DNA of 64,000 nt from Bdellovibrionales bacterium (GTDB lineage: Bacteria; Bdellovibrionota; Bdellovibrionia; Bdellovibrionales; UBA1609): positions 128,001 to 192,000 of the forward strand of contig DAHVQG010000002.1 of assembly GCA_027317865.1 (NCBI GenBank), written 5' to 3'. The notes below the pieces were generated by a model that did no database searches, was not told the origin of the DNA, and saw only the letters and a program-made list of their open reading frames with translations. Below are positions 56,082-64,000 of this stretch, one piece after another. The first letter of the stretch is position 1. Every line of letters begins with the position of its first letter. Made by a program: the position numbers and the translations under genes.

Positions 56082-56149
56082 CGGGCTAAAGAGCGACGAC
56101 TTGGCTGTTGATCCGTGGGCGACAGATCTGAACCTCGTCGCCCTACGTT

Positions 56150-56980
56150 TTATTCATTAATCAATTTCAGTGCGGCTTCATTGTTCGTATTAGCTTGAGC
56201 CAATGTAGAGATAGCCGCTTGTCGCAAAACCTCAGCAGAGGCAAGTTGCGAACTTTCGTAAGCGACATCGGCGTCTGCAATACGCGACCGCGCAGCCGAC
56301 ACATTTTCGTATTCTGTTTCAACGGAGCTGTTAACTGATTGTAAGCGGCTTTGCACAGCGCCAAAGTCAGCTCGCATTTTATTAATGCGGTTAAGAGCTT
56401 CATCCACAGATGAGAGCGTATCTCGCGCGCTATCTTTGTCTGCAACCGAAAGGCCGTCGATTCCCAGTGCCGAATTAGTTGCATCAGCAGAAACATTAGC
56501 TCGAATCTCATCATTATGACTATTATACGGTCCAACTTGAAACACCATTTGACCGGCGTCTCCGGTTAGTAGTCGTCTGTGTCCAAATCGCGTACTCATG
56601 GCGATTCGATTTGATTCTTTTGTCAATTGTTGAGCTTCAATATTTAAATATTTACGGTCGCGATCCGAAACCGTATCACTCGCAGCCTCGACAGCTAGCT
56701 CTCTTAATCTGATTAATATATTCGAAATTTGGTTGAGACCGCCTTCACCGATTTGAATCATCGATTGCGCGTTCGATGCGTTTTGTTTGGCCATCTTAAG
56801 GCTGCCGACTTGCGCGCCGAGTTCGGAACTGATCGCAAGTCCGGCCGGGTCGTCCGACGCGTGAACAATTCGGTTACCCGACGCCAATGATTCTTCGGCA
56901 TGTTGCAACCGTTTTTGGTTGGAATACAAATGCCTTTGCGCATCTATCGCTGCTATGTTTGTATTAATTCGTAAGCCCAT
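56150..56980 (-). CDS. fliC: Flagellin (276 aa)
   Basis: MGLRINTN, LASGNRI, DDPAGLAIS, RLRELAV, RADFGAVQSRL, SRIADAD. Confidence 0.97.
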   Translation of the reverse strand: MGLRINTNIAAIDAQRHLYSNQKRLQHAEESLASGNRIVHASDDPAGLAISSELGAQVGSLKMAKQNASNAQSMIQIGEGGLNQISNILIRLRELAVEAASDTVSDRDRKYLNIEAQQLTKESNRIAMSTRFGHRRLLTGDAGQMVFQVGPYNSHNDEIRANVSADATNSALGIDGLSVADKDSARDTLSSVDEALNRINKMRADFGAVQSRLQSVNSSVETEYENVSAARSRIADADVAYESSQLASAEVLRQAAISTLAQANTNNEAALKLINE

Positions 56981-57050
56981 AAATTAGCCCTCCAACAGGT
57001 TTTATTTTTTTGTTGGAGGCAACCAACGTGCTCCAACTTATTCAGGTGAC

Positions 57051-57078
57051 TCATCGACCAAGGTCCAGTTTTACTTTA
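57051..57078 (-). promoter_or_regulatory. sigma28-like promoter
   Basis: TAAA-N16-GTCGATGA. Confidence 0.6.
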
Positions 57079-57172
57079 GACCTTGGTCTAGGAATAAATT
57101 GGTGCGTTGCGTCTAGTTATTGTAATTAGACTAGAATGGCAGACGAAAATTTTTTATATATGCTTTGCGTCA

Positions 57173-58003
57173 TCACTCGCCGATAAGGCTGAGCGCCGCT
57201 TTTGGGCCGGCATTGGCTTGGGCCAAAACAGCCACAGCAGCTTGATTTAATATCTGCGATTTTACGAGCTTACTTGTCGCCCGTGCGACATCGGTATCAG
57301 CAATAGTTGATCGCGCTGACTCTTCGTTTTCCTTTTGCACATCCAGGTTATCTATCGCGTAATTCAGGCGACTTTGAACGGCGCCAAATCGCGCTCGTAT
57401 ATCGGCAACTTGATTGAGCGCCTCGTCGATAGACGAAAGCGCGTCTCGCGCGTCATCTTTTTCAGAAATGTCGAGGTCATCAATGCCGACTGCAGACGCC
57501 TGCGTATTGGCATCGGAGGTAAATTGAATTTGACTATTTCCTCCTGCGTCGGGACCAACCTGAAATAAATATTTATTATTTTCACCCGTTAGAAGACGTT
57601 TTGAACCAAACCGGGTTGTTCTTGCAATTTGGCTGAATTCTTGAATCAACTGTGTAAATTCGCGATTAGCATAACTGCGGTCTTTATCTGTCATCGTGTC
57701 ACTGGCCGCCCCCACGGCAAGTTCACGAAGGCGAATTAGAATATTATTTTGCTCGTTCAATGCACCTTCGGCTGTTTGGGTAAGCGATTGCGCCATCCGC
57801 GCATTGAGACGGGCTTGATCAAGACTTTTGGTTTGTGCTAGCAGTTCGTTACTGATGGCATATTGAGCGGGATCACTATGCGCAGAATTCAGGCGAAAAC
57901 CCGAGGCCAATTCACTAAGAGCGCTCTGAATTTGTTTTTGGTGATTAGCAATGCTTCGCCGTGCGATAAGCGACGAAATATTTGTATCTATTCTTAACGG
58001 CAT
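57173..58003 (-). CDS. fliC: Flagellin (276 aa), divergent paralogue
   Basis: MPLRIDTN, LASGFRLN, RLRELAV, RARFGAVQSRL, IADTDVA. Confidence 0.96.
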   Translation of the reverse strand: MPLRIDTNISSLIARRSIANHQKQIQSALSELASGFRLNSAHSDPAQYAISNELLAQTKSLDQARLNARMAQSLTQTAEGALNEQNNILIRLRELAVGAASDTMTDKDRSYANREFTQLIQEFSQIARTTRFGSKRLLTGENNKYLFQVGPDAGGNSQIQFTSDANTQASAVGIDDLDISEKDDARDALSSIDEALNQVADIRARFGAVQSRLNYAIDNLDVQKENEESARSTIADTDVARATSKLVKSQILNQAAVAVLAQANAGPKAALSLIGE

Positions 58004-58106
58004 ACGGGCACCCTCCTACCAACGACCAAGTATTTGCCTCCCCAATTAGGCAAATTTAAGCCTAGGACCTGTGCCCACGGATTATCTCTTACGAACCTCT
58101 ACTCAT

Positions 58107-58133
58107 TTATCGGTGCGCCGCGTTATATCTTTA
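58107..58133 (-). promoter_or_regulatory. sigma28 promoter
   Basis: TAAA-N15-ACCGATAA. Confidence 0.8.
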
Positions 58134-58449
58134 GACCTTTCTTGTGCCGAGCGTTAAGTGCTAGATCGCGCTGCCAAATATAGCGCGAAAGAGCCACTGA
58201 CTTTAAACTTTTATTTCGTTGATTTCTCGATTTGAGATAATCTGCAAGCCGCACCAAAGTATCGCTCAAATTTTCAGTATGTTCCTTTGTTGAGTCGAGC
58301 GGATCTTGCTCGGTGGGATCAACTTCGCCTACGTCAATTGATGCTTCGTCGAGCGATTCCAAAACATTGTCGAGATCTTCGGCCGGTGGGCCCCCCAAGA
58401 CATGTGGCTCAAGTTTAGACACACGCACACAAACCTCCGACGGACTCAT
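58123..58449 (-). CDS. Hypothetical protein
   Basis: ATG ORF filling the meaB-flagellin gap; acidic N-half, basic C-end. Confidence 0.55.
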   Translation of the reverse strand: MSPSEVCVRVSKLEPHVLGGPPAEDLDNVLESLDEASIDVGEVDPTEQDPLDSTKEHTENLSDTLVRLADYLKSRNQRNKSLKSVALSRYIWQRDLALNARHKKGLKI

Positions 58450-58485
58450 CGGAAGTCTAGTGAAATATTTTAATGCTGCGCGTTA

Positions 58486-59373
58486 TTATTTCTTGAAAAA
58501 GTCATTTAACTGTTCTGGTGTATCAATTTGATAAACCAGATTGTGTAAGTGCGTTTCAATTTGATCACGCTTAAGTGCAACGGCTTCAGCCCTTAGCCGG
58601 TTCGGAGTGTTCCGTTTTTCCCGCCAAGGTTTTGTGCTCTCTTTGTTGAACCATTCAAGTAGCAAATCAATTCCTTGATCTTGAGCCGCCGACAAGGTCA
58701 ACACGGTAGCAGGATTTCGCTTTTCGCTCGATGCAAGTTGCGATTCAATTTCGTAACGAAGCGCTTCCGCTCCGGGCCGATCGCTTTTATTGACGACTAT
58801 GGCATCCGCTATTTCGATGACGCCGGCCTTTAAAACTTGTATCGAGTCCCCCGATTCGGGGACAAGCACCACCACCACAGTGTCAGCCACATTCATTACG
58901 TCTAACTCGGTTTGACCCACTCCGACAGTTTCGATGATCGCAACATCAAACTGACAAGCGTCGAATACGCGCGCCATTAGATAGGCCTGCGCGGCTAACC
59001 CTCCGAGACTTCCTCTTGTTCCTAGAGAGCGTACAAAAATATTTTGATCATTCAGTAGTTGTGTGTACCGAATGCGGTCGCCCAAAACGGCTCCGTGAGA
59101 TATCGGGCTTGTTGGGTCAATTGCCAACACTCCAACGCGCTTGTTCTCTATTTTAAACCGCTCAAGAAGACGGCCAATAAGAGTTGATTTACCGGCGCCA
59201 GGCGGGCCGGTAATACCGATTCGAAAGGCCATATTTTTTGGCTCGCGCAGTTCAGGAATTTCAAATATTTTTGCCCCCGCCCGCTCGACGGCCGACAACA
59301 ATTTTGCAACGGCAACAAAATTAGTACCCGAATTTGTAGCAGCTAACAGTTGGCGTAGATCGTCACTCACCAC
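58486..59373 (-). CDS. meaB: MeaB/ArgK-family GTPase
   Basis: GITGPPGAGKST, AIDPTSP..GAVLGDRIR, ETVGVGQ, NKSD. Confidence 0.9.
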   Translation of the reverse strand: MVSDDLRQLLAATNSGTNFVAVAKLLSAVERAGAKIFEIPELREPKNMAFRIGITGPPGAGKSTLIGRLLERFKIENKRVGVLAIDPTSPISHGAVLGDRIRYTQLLNDQNIFVRSLGTRGSLGGLAAQAYLMARVFDACQFDVAIIETVGVGQTELDVMNVADTVVVVLVPESGDSIQVLKAGVIEIADAIVVNKSDRPGAEALRYEIESQLASSEKRNPATVLTLSAAQDQGIDLLLEWFNKESTKPWREKRNTPNRLRAEAVALKRDQIETHLHNLVYQIDTPEQLNDFFKK

Positions 59374-59499
59374 TTTTCTCCACAGTATGCTTCAACCTGT
59401 TGAAAATCTTAGGTTTTTTAAAGTGTGTTGTCCAACTGTCTCAATTTTAACCACCCACCATTTTTGCCCTTCGGTTAGGGGCAAGAACAACGTCAATGA

Positions 59500-59541
59500 T
59501 TTCAATTAGTTAGCGATCCTGGCTTCGGCATGCTTTCTGCG
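59500..59541 (+). promoter_or_regulatory. IHF-like site plus sigma54-like promoter
   Basis: TTTCAATTAGTTA (59500-12), then CGGCAT-GCTTT-CTGCG (GG-N10-GC), then AGGAGG RBS. Confidence 0.55.
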
Positions 59542-59564
59542 TAGTAAGTCGCATAGGAGGACTG

Positions 59565-60662
59565 ATGGAACAGTCTCAAAACAGAACTATGCTCATTGTT
59601 CTAATTTTGGCATTGGGACTTTTTTTTGAAGTTCTCAATGGGATACGCCGTTCTGAATCGGCAAACTCCAAAAGAGAATACGCGATCGGCGATGCGACCT
59701 TTTCGCCGTATCACGTGACGTCTCACCAAATGTTAGCGGACTCGCTCGCGGCGCGTGCGCGCCATCTAATCGGTATGCGCCTCCAAGGGTTGCCAACAAA
59801 ATTTAATTTTCAAAAATTACCAAAAAATGATGTTTCTCTTAAAAAAGCTTCTGGAAAAATTATCGCAAAGAAAAAAGTAACAAAATTAAAAAAGAAAAAG
59901 ACGGCAGCACGCGGTAAGAAGCCAGAAATAGAACCTCAATATTTAAACTCGCAGTTTGCCAATCATTTATTTAAGCCTTTAAAGAATACTTCGCCCCAAC
60001 CAACAGTGGGAATCATTACGGCGGCACCAAAACCTAAACTTAACCCCGGTGCGACGGGTACCACCAACAATCAAACAACTTACCAGGAATGGGTCCACCT
60101 TCTTTTGCCATCCACGAGTCAAGCGGTCGTTGCAAAATTCGTTCAATATTATCAGCGGGGTTTAGTAACCCCGAAAGTGTTTTACCAATTGCTTTCAGAA
60201 ATGGATTCCGAGCCGTCTAGCAATGAACAGTTATTAGCGATATACGCCGCAAACGCCGCCCCCAGTTCCGAGAGTTTTTTATTCTTGGTGAACGCTTTGA
60301 AAGCCGCTGGCAACAACACGTCAGTCATCTCGACCGGCTATCAATACATTGACAGCTATCAGTCATTATCTCTTGTGCCCATACTCAAGCAGGTTTTTGC
60401 GCAGTCTATAGAAGACGAGACGGTCGTTCAAATTGCCGCAAGCGTTCTCAACATGTCGACTTCCACGTACTTAGGAGTACGCACCCCGTCTTCGGCCGCT
60501 TCGACAGTCAGCTCAACAGACGTCGTTCGCGCTTACGCAGGATTTGTTCCCGTCATTGAGACCGTTATCAACGTTTATTCAAAAAACTCCGCTCTTGTCG
60601 GCGAACTGCAAAAGTCGTTGAATCTTATTAAGAACGTTGAACCATCCTCGGCGGCTAGTTAA
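59565..60662 (+). CDS. Membrane-anchored hypothetical protein with Lys-rich linker and helical C-domain
   Basis: AGGAGG RBS; N-terminal TM; KKKVTKLKKKK segment. Confidence 0.75.
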   Translation: MEQSQNRTMLIVLILALGLFFEVLNGIRRSESANSKREYAIGDATFSPYHVTSHQMLADSLAARARHLIGMRLQGLPTKFNFQKLPKNDVSLKKASGKIIAKKKVTKLKKKKTAARGKKPEIEPQYLNSQFANHLFKPLKNTSPQPTVGIITAAPKPKLNPGATGTTNNQTTYQEWVHLLLPSTSQAVVAKFVQYYQRGLVTPKVFYQLLSEMDSEPSSNEQLLAIYAANAAPSSESFLFLVNALKAAGNNTSVISTGYQYIDSYQSLSLVPILKQVFAQSIEDETVVQIAASVLNMSTSTYLGVRTPSSAASTVSSTDVVRAYAGFVPVIETVINVYSKNSALVGELQKSLNLIKNVEPSSAAS

Positions 60663-60671
60663 TCTAAGAAA

Positions 60672-61439
60672 GTGCGAAACTGCCTTATTTTTCTTTTTTT
60701 TAGTTTTATTGCAAGGCCTTGCTTTGCCTTTCACCTGCCGAGCAATTTAATGAATTCGGATTTGAACGAAGTTACGCAAACTCTTGGCTATGAAACCAGC
60801 TCGAAATTTTTAAGCGATCCCTACCCGTTAGGCGGCTATTCCGGGCTTGAAGTCGGAGTCGCAACAGAGTTTATCAACGCAACTGACCTCTCGCGCTTAG
60901 GAACGGGCAACGGCAACGAAACCAATTTTGAATTTACCGGCGTTTCGATTGGCAAAGGTCTATTTGATAATCTCGATGTTTTTGTGGATTTCGTTCCATT
61001 TTCAAACGCCAACGACATTTCTAAATATGGCGCCATGGTGAAGTGGACATTTTTTGAGGCACAGGATTTGCCGCTTACGACTTCAATACTTGCGCATTTT
61101 GACACGATCAACATTGACGATGAATTTAATAACCAAACTCTCGGCGACGATCTCATGGAGGGAATAAATTTACAGAAATTCGCAATCTACTTTGGCGGTG
61201 GAATCCTTTATGGCACCAGCAAATTTATGTACAATATTTTAGATCTTTCAGATCCTGCAAATAGTGCCGCTGTTCCCTCGGCGAACCCTAGCGATCCCGA
61301 CGGATATTTAACGCAAAAGAGTCAACGCGATCACACCTTCATTGGAGTCGAAGTTAATTTTCATCCGATTTTTCTTGCCGCCCAAATCGATAACTACGCG
61401 CAAACAGTTTATAGTTTCAAAATTGGCTATCGGCTCTGA
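60672..61439 (+). CDS. Putative outer-membrane beta-barrel protein
   Basis: Signal peptide CFA|F; amphipathic strands; C-terminal FKIGYRL. Confidence 0.7.
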   Translation: MRNCLIFLFFSFIARPCFAFHLPSNLMNSDLNEVTQTLGYETSSKFLSDPYPLGGYSGLEVGVATEFINATDLSRLGTGNGNETNFEFTGVSIGKGLFDNLDVFVDFVPFSNANDISKYGAMVKWTFFEAQDLPLTTSILAHFDTINIDDEFNNQTLGDDLMEGINLQKFAIYFGGGILYGTSKFMYNILDLSDPANSAAVPSANPSDPDGYLTQKSQRDHTFIGVEVNFHPIFLAAQIDNYAQTVYSFKIGYRL

Positions 61440-61443
61440 GCCT

Positions 61444-61911
61444 TTACTCTTTCATTTTTTTTATAAGATTGGTGGAGGAGTGCCCTTCAACAAATTGCAG
61501 AGACTTCACCTCGCCGCCATATGACTGCACAAACTTGGCTCCGACAATTTTATCGATTGGCCAGTCTCCACCTTTGACAAGTATGTCGGGCTTTACCTGA
61601 TGAATAAGCGACTCCGGGGTGTCTTCGTTAAAAAGTGTCGCAAGGTCGACACAACGAAGAGAAGCGATAATCTCGAGGCGATCTAATTCATTTTGAAGAG
61701 GCCGGTTCGGACCCTTAAGACGTCTAACGCTCGCATCGGAGTTTAGACCTACAACCAAATAGTCACCTAAGCTTCGTGCTTCTTGCAGGTAGCGGACATG
61801 ACCGACATGCAACAGGTCAAAACATCCGTTTGTAAAAACAACTCGGCGATTCTTTCTTTCAGATTCGAGTCTTTCTAAAAATTTCGTCAAATCAAAATAG
61901 AAGCGATCCAC
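61444..61911 (-). CDS. rfaE2: D-glycero-beta-D-manno-heptose 1-phosphate adenylyltransferase
   Basis: VFTNGCFDLLHVGH, GLNSDAS...KGPNRP, LVKGGDW, SST. Confidence 0.93.
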   Translation of the reverse strand: MDRFYFDLTKFLERLESERKNRRVVFTNGCFDLLHVGHVRYLQEARSLGDYLVVGLNSDASVRRLKGPNRPLQNELDRLEIIASLRCVDLATLFNEDTPESLIHQVKPDILVKGGDWPIDKIVGAKFVQSYGGEVKSLQFVEGHSSTNLIKKMKE

Positions 61912-61950
61912 GTCGAAAAGCCATTCCGTTTTTGTAAGGGCGCGCTCTCG

Positions 61951-62787
61951 TCAATTTTTCTTGTACAACTGAAGCCCGCTCAGCCGCGCGGCCAAATCGC
62001 GATTTAAAATGAGCGACAAAAGAGGCAACAAAATTAACCCCGTCAACAAATTCATAATCGATCTCCAGAGCACAAGAGCCGGATAATGGGCCCGTTGAAC
62101 TTGATTTTCATCGCCAAGTTGAAGGTCAAATGTCCACTCCCCAATGGTAGAACTAAAAAAGCTTCGCGAAACAATTGCGTACATTTCAAAAACCGCAAGA
62201 TACAAAACGACGAGACTGAGCTGAGTCGTAAATTCACCTTGGGTACTTTGAATGACCTCTGGCAATTTAATCCCCGTCACGGCAACTAAACATACGAGAA
62301 AAATCAAAGACAACGCCAGTACGACTAGAGCATCCAAAAACAAAGCCGGTAAACTTACGGCCACCGGCGAAAGAGGTCTTACCATATTGTCATGAGCACC
62401 ACGCCGCGTACCAGTCGATTCATTAATCGCTTGATTGGGAATCTGAAATTTCACGCGCGCAAGAGGGTCGGCGGGCCGCGGTTTAGGATCCGGCACAATC
62501 GGACGAGTGGGGTTTACTTCACCTATTTCACGAGGCAAAATCGCGGATAACGAAACCGGCTTCGGTTTACTTTTTAGAGCGTCGTGAAGTTCATCGATCA
62601 ATTCCCGTGACGATCGCGCCCGAACGGCATCAGTCAATTCACTCGGTGGTGCTGACGGTAGCGCTTTACGAACCGAATGCTCCACTAGACTCGATTTAGA
62701 AATGTGCTCTTTCAGACTCACTGATTTTTTATGAAATCCCAAACCGGCTGTTAGCGGTTTCATTTCAAATTCATCAATTGGATCCAT
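61951..62787 (-). CDS. RDD-family membrane protein
   Basis: Pro-rich soluble N-half, then TMs with LDA, STIGEW, WR and RD motifs; GGAGG before ATG 62787. Confidence 0.7.
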   Translation of the reverse strand: MDPIDEFEMKPLTAGLGFHKKSVSLKEHISKSSLVEHSVRKALPSAPPSELTDAVRARSSRELIDELHDALKSKPKPVSLSAILPREIGEVNPTRPIVPDPKPRPADPLARVKFQIPNQAINESTGTRRGAHDNMVRPLSPVAVSLPALFLDALVVLALSLIFLVCLVAVTGIKLPEVIQSTQGEFTTQLSLVVLYLAVFEMYAIVSRSFFSSTIGEWTFDLQLGDENQVQRAHYPALVLWRSIMNLLTGLILLPLLSLILNRDLAARLSGLQLYKKN

Positions 62788-62833
62788 CCTTACCTCCGCG
62801 CCACCAAACAAAGCTTTCACGCATTAACGATCG

Positions 62834-63625
62834 TCAAGTTTTGGTCGAACCCATAACCATTAATCCCATTTCATACTTTATGACGCTCACTATTGCCAGG
62901 CAAGCCGTTTCGGCACGTAAGATTTGCGGCCCCATTGTAGACGGTATGACATTCATGGAGCGTATTTTCTCAACTTCGGTTGAACTAAATCCACCCTCCG
63001 AACCAACAATGGCCCATATCCGCTCGGGGTCTGATTTTTTGATGTCTTGAAGCGCGCTACGAATATCTTGAACGCATGGCCCCTCATAAGCAAATAGACA
63101 CGCGGACATTTCATTTCGGTGCATGCCATTGAGAAACTCGTCTAGTGATTTAGGGGCAAGAAGCTCCATCAAATCGCCGCGAGCGGTTTGCGTTGTCGCC
63201 GACCTGACTATCCGCTGCCACCTTTCAATTCGAGCGTCACGAATGTCTTCCGGTTTTTTTGCAAAACTGTTTTCAGTAAAAAGCGGCTGAAAAACCGAAA
63301 CGCCGAGCTCTACGGACTTTTCGATTACGCTCTCTGTAGTCTCCCATTTGCTTATGGCAAATGCGAGTTGCACCCGCGGCCGCCCTAGCGTCGGTAGACG
63401 GCGCAAAGATAAAACTTCTACCCGCGCCGATTTCTTTTTAATTTCAGTTATCCGCAAAGCCATCGCCTGTGGCTGCCCTGTTACTCCTTCAAATGTTTCG
63501 CCAGTTTCAAATCGTGAAACCTCAATCGCATGATGAAACGACGACGCGGGAAGTTCAAAAACATCACCCACGCTTAATGGGCTTGGAACTTCGCCCGGCT
63601 CGATCCATATTCTCCGCAAATTCAT
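62834..63625 (-). CDS. rsmE: 16S rRNA m3U1498 methyltransferase
   Basis: EKSVELGV, VGSEGGFS, ILRAETA; start uncertain. Confidence 0.93.
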   Translation of the reverse strand: MNLRRIWIEPGEVPSPLSVGDVFELPASSFHHAIEVSRFETGETFEGVTGQPQAMALRITEIKKKSARVEVLSLRRLPTLGRPRVQLAFAISKWETTESVIEKSVELGVSVFQPLFTENSFAKKPEDIRDARIERWQRIVRSATTQTARGDLMELLAPKSLDEFLNGMHRNEMSACLFAYEGPCVQDIRSALQDIKKSDPERIWAIVGSEGGFSSTEVEKIRSMNVIPSTMGPQILRAETACLAIVSVIKYEMGLMVMGSTKT

Positions 63626-63642
63626 TTGGCGCGCCTCACGCA

Positions 63643-64000
63643 TTATTCGGTATCTCGTACAAAATAAACTCCTACCCACTCACCCATTTGACATTGTTTT
63701 ATAAATATAAATCCGCGAGAGTCGAAATTTTGCAAAAAGTGACCGGCTCGTTCTTGCAGTATTCCGGTTAAAAACAAATGCCCCGACGGACAAACATGAT
63801 CAACGATTTCTCGCTGAATCTTTAGCAAAACACCGTCCACAATATTAGCGACCACCACATCAAACTTGCCGGACAATTCGCCGATTTGTTCTTCGGCAAT
63901 TGTCACGTCGGCCAGTCCGTTCAGCCGAGCATTCTCACGTGCGACTTGCCTCGCGACGGAGTCAATATCAACTCCTACGACGTGAGCTAAACCTAGTTGC
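63643..64000 (-). CDS. prmA: Ribosomal protein L11 methyltransferase, partial (5' end outside window)
   Basis: VGVDIDS.A...ARENARLN, FDVVVANI, LFLTGIL, GEW; upstream of rsmE. Confidence 0.85.
   Translation of the reverse strand, partial: QLGLAHVVGVDIDSVARQVARENARLNGLADVTIAEEQIGELSGKFDVVVANIVDGVLLKIQREIVDHVCPSGHLFLTGILQERAGHFLQNFDSRGFIFIKQCQMGEWVGVYFVRDTE

Noticed and set aside
57077-57135. Short palindromes TAGACC-tt-GGTCTA and TCTAGT...ACTAGA between the flagellins
   Set aside because: Six-bp arms in AT-rich DNA; cannot be distinguished from chance without conservation data.
58486-59373. meaB as part of the flagellar system
   Set aside because: The flagellin has its own sigma28 promoter and no functional link is visible; its mutase partner is simply not in this window.

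Overview
Gene-dense core-chromosome window from a Gram-negative bacterium, most likely Bdellovibrionota. That assignment is inferred from the short 276-aa tandem flagellins, an FQNC-type lipoprotein signal, and the mltD-dacB...motAB and fliC-fliC-fliD-fliS...pal gene order, which I recall from Bdellovibrio but have not verified by search. It carries pssA-asd, truA-rplM-rpsI, a dcw cluster split by gmhB/xerC/a regulatory-domain-less sigma54 activator, tdk-hpt, mltD-dacB, an LspA fusion, a DnaQ-WYL fusion, motAB, dsbD, smpB-rsmA-tsaD-cpoB-pal, a flagellar filament locus, and meaB, rfaE2, rsmE and prmA. I found no rRNA, tRNA, CRISPR array, IS or prophage. The best candidates for an undescribed system are: (1) a sigma54-driven operon directly behind fliC-fliC-flaG-fliD-fliS encoding a TPR protein, a Maf-N-like protein and two elongated GT9 enzymes, possibly a flagellin heptosylation system; (2) a Cys-rich FN3/CFI-box-CTERM surface protein translationally coupled to an outer-membrane beta-barrel; (3) Shine-Dalgarno-sequestering leaders on both flagellin mRNAs; (4) an LspA fused to a 2TM-HAMP-like module that also occurs stand-alone in the window. 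Several start codons were moved from the ORF track using RBS and promoter evidence. All family calls come from motif recognition by eye, not database searches.
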